The notes beneath the pieces were generated by a model that was not told the origin of the DNA, ran no database searches, and saw nothing but the letters and a program-made list of their open reading frames with translations. Below, piece by piece: positions 62,666 through 64,000 of a DNA stretch of 64,000 nucleotides. Numbering within the stretch: position 1 is the first letter of the stretch; each line of letters opens with the position of its first letter. Location: the NCBI GenBank assembly GCA_035221665.1, contig CM069135.1, positions 113,212,001-113,276,000 on the forward strand. The letters run 5' to 3'. Made by a program: the position numbers and the translations under genes. This DNA is from Okamejei kenojei (taxonomy: Eukaryota).

Positions 62666-63554
62666 ATCTTCTATCACCAACCACCTAATTATTAAGAAAC
62701 CCCCTCACTGGCACCCACCTATCACTTGCCTCTCTTCCAGCATTCTCTCTCCTCCGACCACCAGAATCACTGAAGAACAGAACTGACCCAAAACATCACC
62801 TATCCATGTTCTCCAGACATGTTGGCAGACCCGCTGAGTTACTCCTAGTCTATGCTTTGTCTCACCGATGCAGGGGGGGCCACATCAAGATCACTGAATA
62901 TAGTATATAAGGTTGGAGGAGGTGAATCTCTATCTCACTGGAAGGGCTGCTTAGGTTCCTGGATGGAGTTGAGGATGTATGAAATGTTTGCAGGTGGTTG
63001 TGGTGACTTCTTGGTATGCACAGCAAATTCAGCTATTCACACCGATGTGGTCTGGTTACTGTGGTTCTCATTTGTCATGAGCTATACCAGCCAGACTCTG
63101 ATCTCTGATGAATCTCTGCTCCTAAAGTCATTGTGAAGGTACAATGTTTACATGGTTAACAAGCAATCATGCAGAGAAAAGCCAAGTTTGAAGCTCCATG
63201 AATGGCATGATAAATCCTAATGTTCCTTTTTTTAGAATTTAGTAATCTCACGGCCAATGCACATGGATGCCTGACCCATTGAGTATTTCCAGCATTTTCT
63301 ATTTTTATTTCAGTTTTCCCGTCTGTGCACTTATTTTGATTTTCATCTGATGATCTTAAAATCTGCACCACATTCAACTGTGAAAACAAACCGAGTGGCT
63401 TTGTTATCAGTCTGTCTGAAGAAGGGTCCTGAAAAATTAAAGCCCTCCTTAAATTCCCTGAACAGATGCTGCATGACACACTGAGTACCTCCAGCAGTTT
63501 GTATAGGAAGGAACTACAGATGCTGGTTTTATACCAAAGATAGACACAAAATGC

Positions 63555-63980
63555 TGTAACAATGGAGGAGGCCCAGGACAGAAAGGTCAGATTGAGAATG
63601 GGAGGGGGAGTTAAAGTGCTGAGCAACCGGGAGATCAGGTAGGTTAAGGCGGACTGAGCGGAGGTTTTCAGCGAAACAATCGCCAAGCCTGCGCACATGG
63701 TCTCGCCGATGTACAGAAGTTGACACCTGGAACAGCGGATACAGTAGATGAGGTTGGAGGAGGTGCAAGTGAACCTCTGCCTCACCTGAAAAGACTGTCG
63801 GGGTCCTTGGATGGAGTTGAGGGGGGAGGTAAAGGGAGACAGGTGTGGCATCTCCTGCAGTTGCAGGGGAAAGTACCTGGGGAGTGGGTGGTTTCGGTGG
63901 GAAGGGATGAGTTGACCAGGGAGTTGCAGAGGGAACGGTCTCTGTGGAAAGCAGAAAGGGGGGGAGATGGGAAGATGGGC
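63555..63980 (-). mobile_element. Penelope-like GIY-YIG fragment
   Basis: FTCTSSNLIYCIRCSRCQLLYIGET; PVAQHFNSPSHS. Confidence 0.85.
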
Positions 63981-64000
63981 AAACGAGACTCCAGGATGGT

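Overview
Repeat-rich vertebrate genomic DNA, most likely a cartilaginous fish such as a skate (inferred from the mix of V-SINE/HE1-like SINEs, CR1, Rex1/Babar, Penelope, DIRS and Tc1 elements). The only recognisable host gene is the 5' part of ARHGEF10 (Rho GEF 10) on the minus strand. Seven phase-compatible coding exons lie between 39401 and 7451, one intron has a GC donor, and the DH-domain exons must lie left of position 1. I could not locate the initiating exon. Nearly all ORFs in the supplied track are decayed transposon fragments or low-complexity artefacts. I found no convincing novel multi-gene system. The most interesting signals are: (i) about 20 Penelope-derived short repeats with a hammerhead-ribozyme-like core, often as fold-back pairs; (ii) a set of GC-rich non-coding retroposons sharing a conserved hairpin and Rex1-type tails; (iii) an 884-bp TIR element with a 6-bp TSD and CpG/NRF1-like repeats just upstream of an ARHGEF10 exon; (iv) Helentron/HINE-like elements in tandem and inverted arrangement; (v) a candidate in-frame extra ARHGEF10 exon; (vi) several perfect hairpins and nested insertions with readable TSDs. 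An assembly gap spans 53106-53441. All family and gene assignments are from recalled motifs, not database searches.
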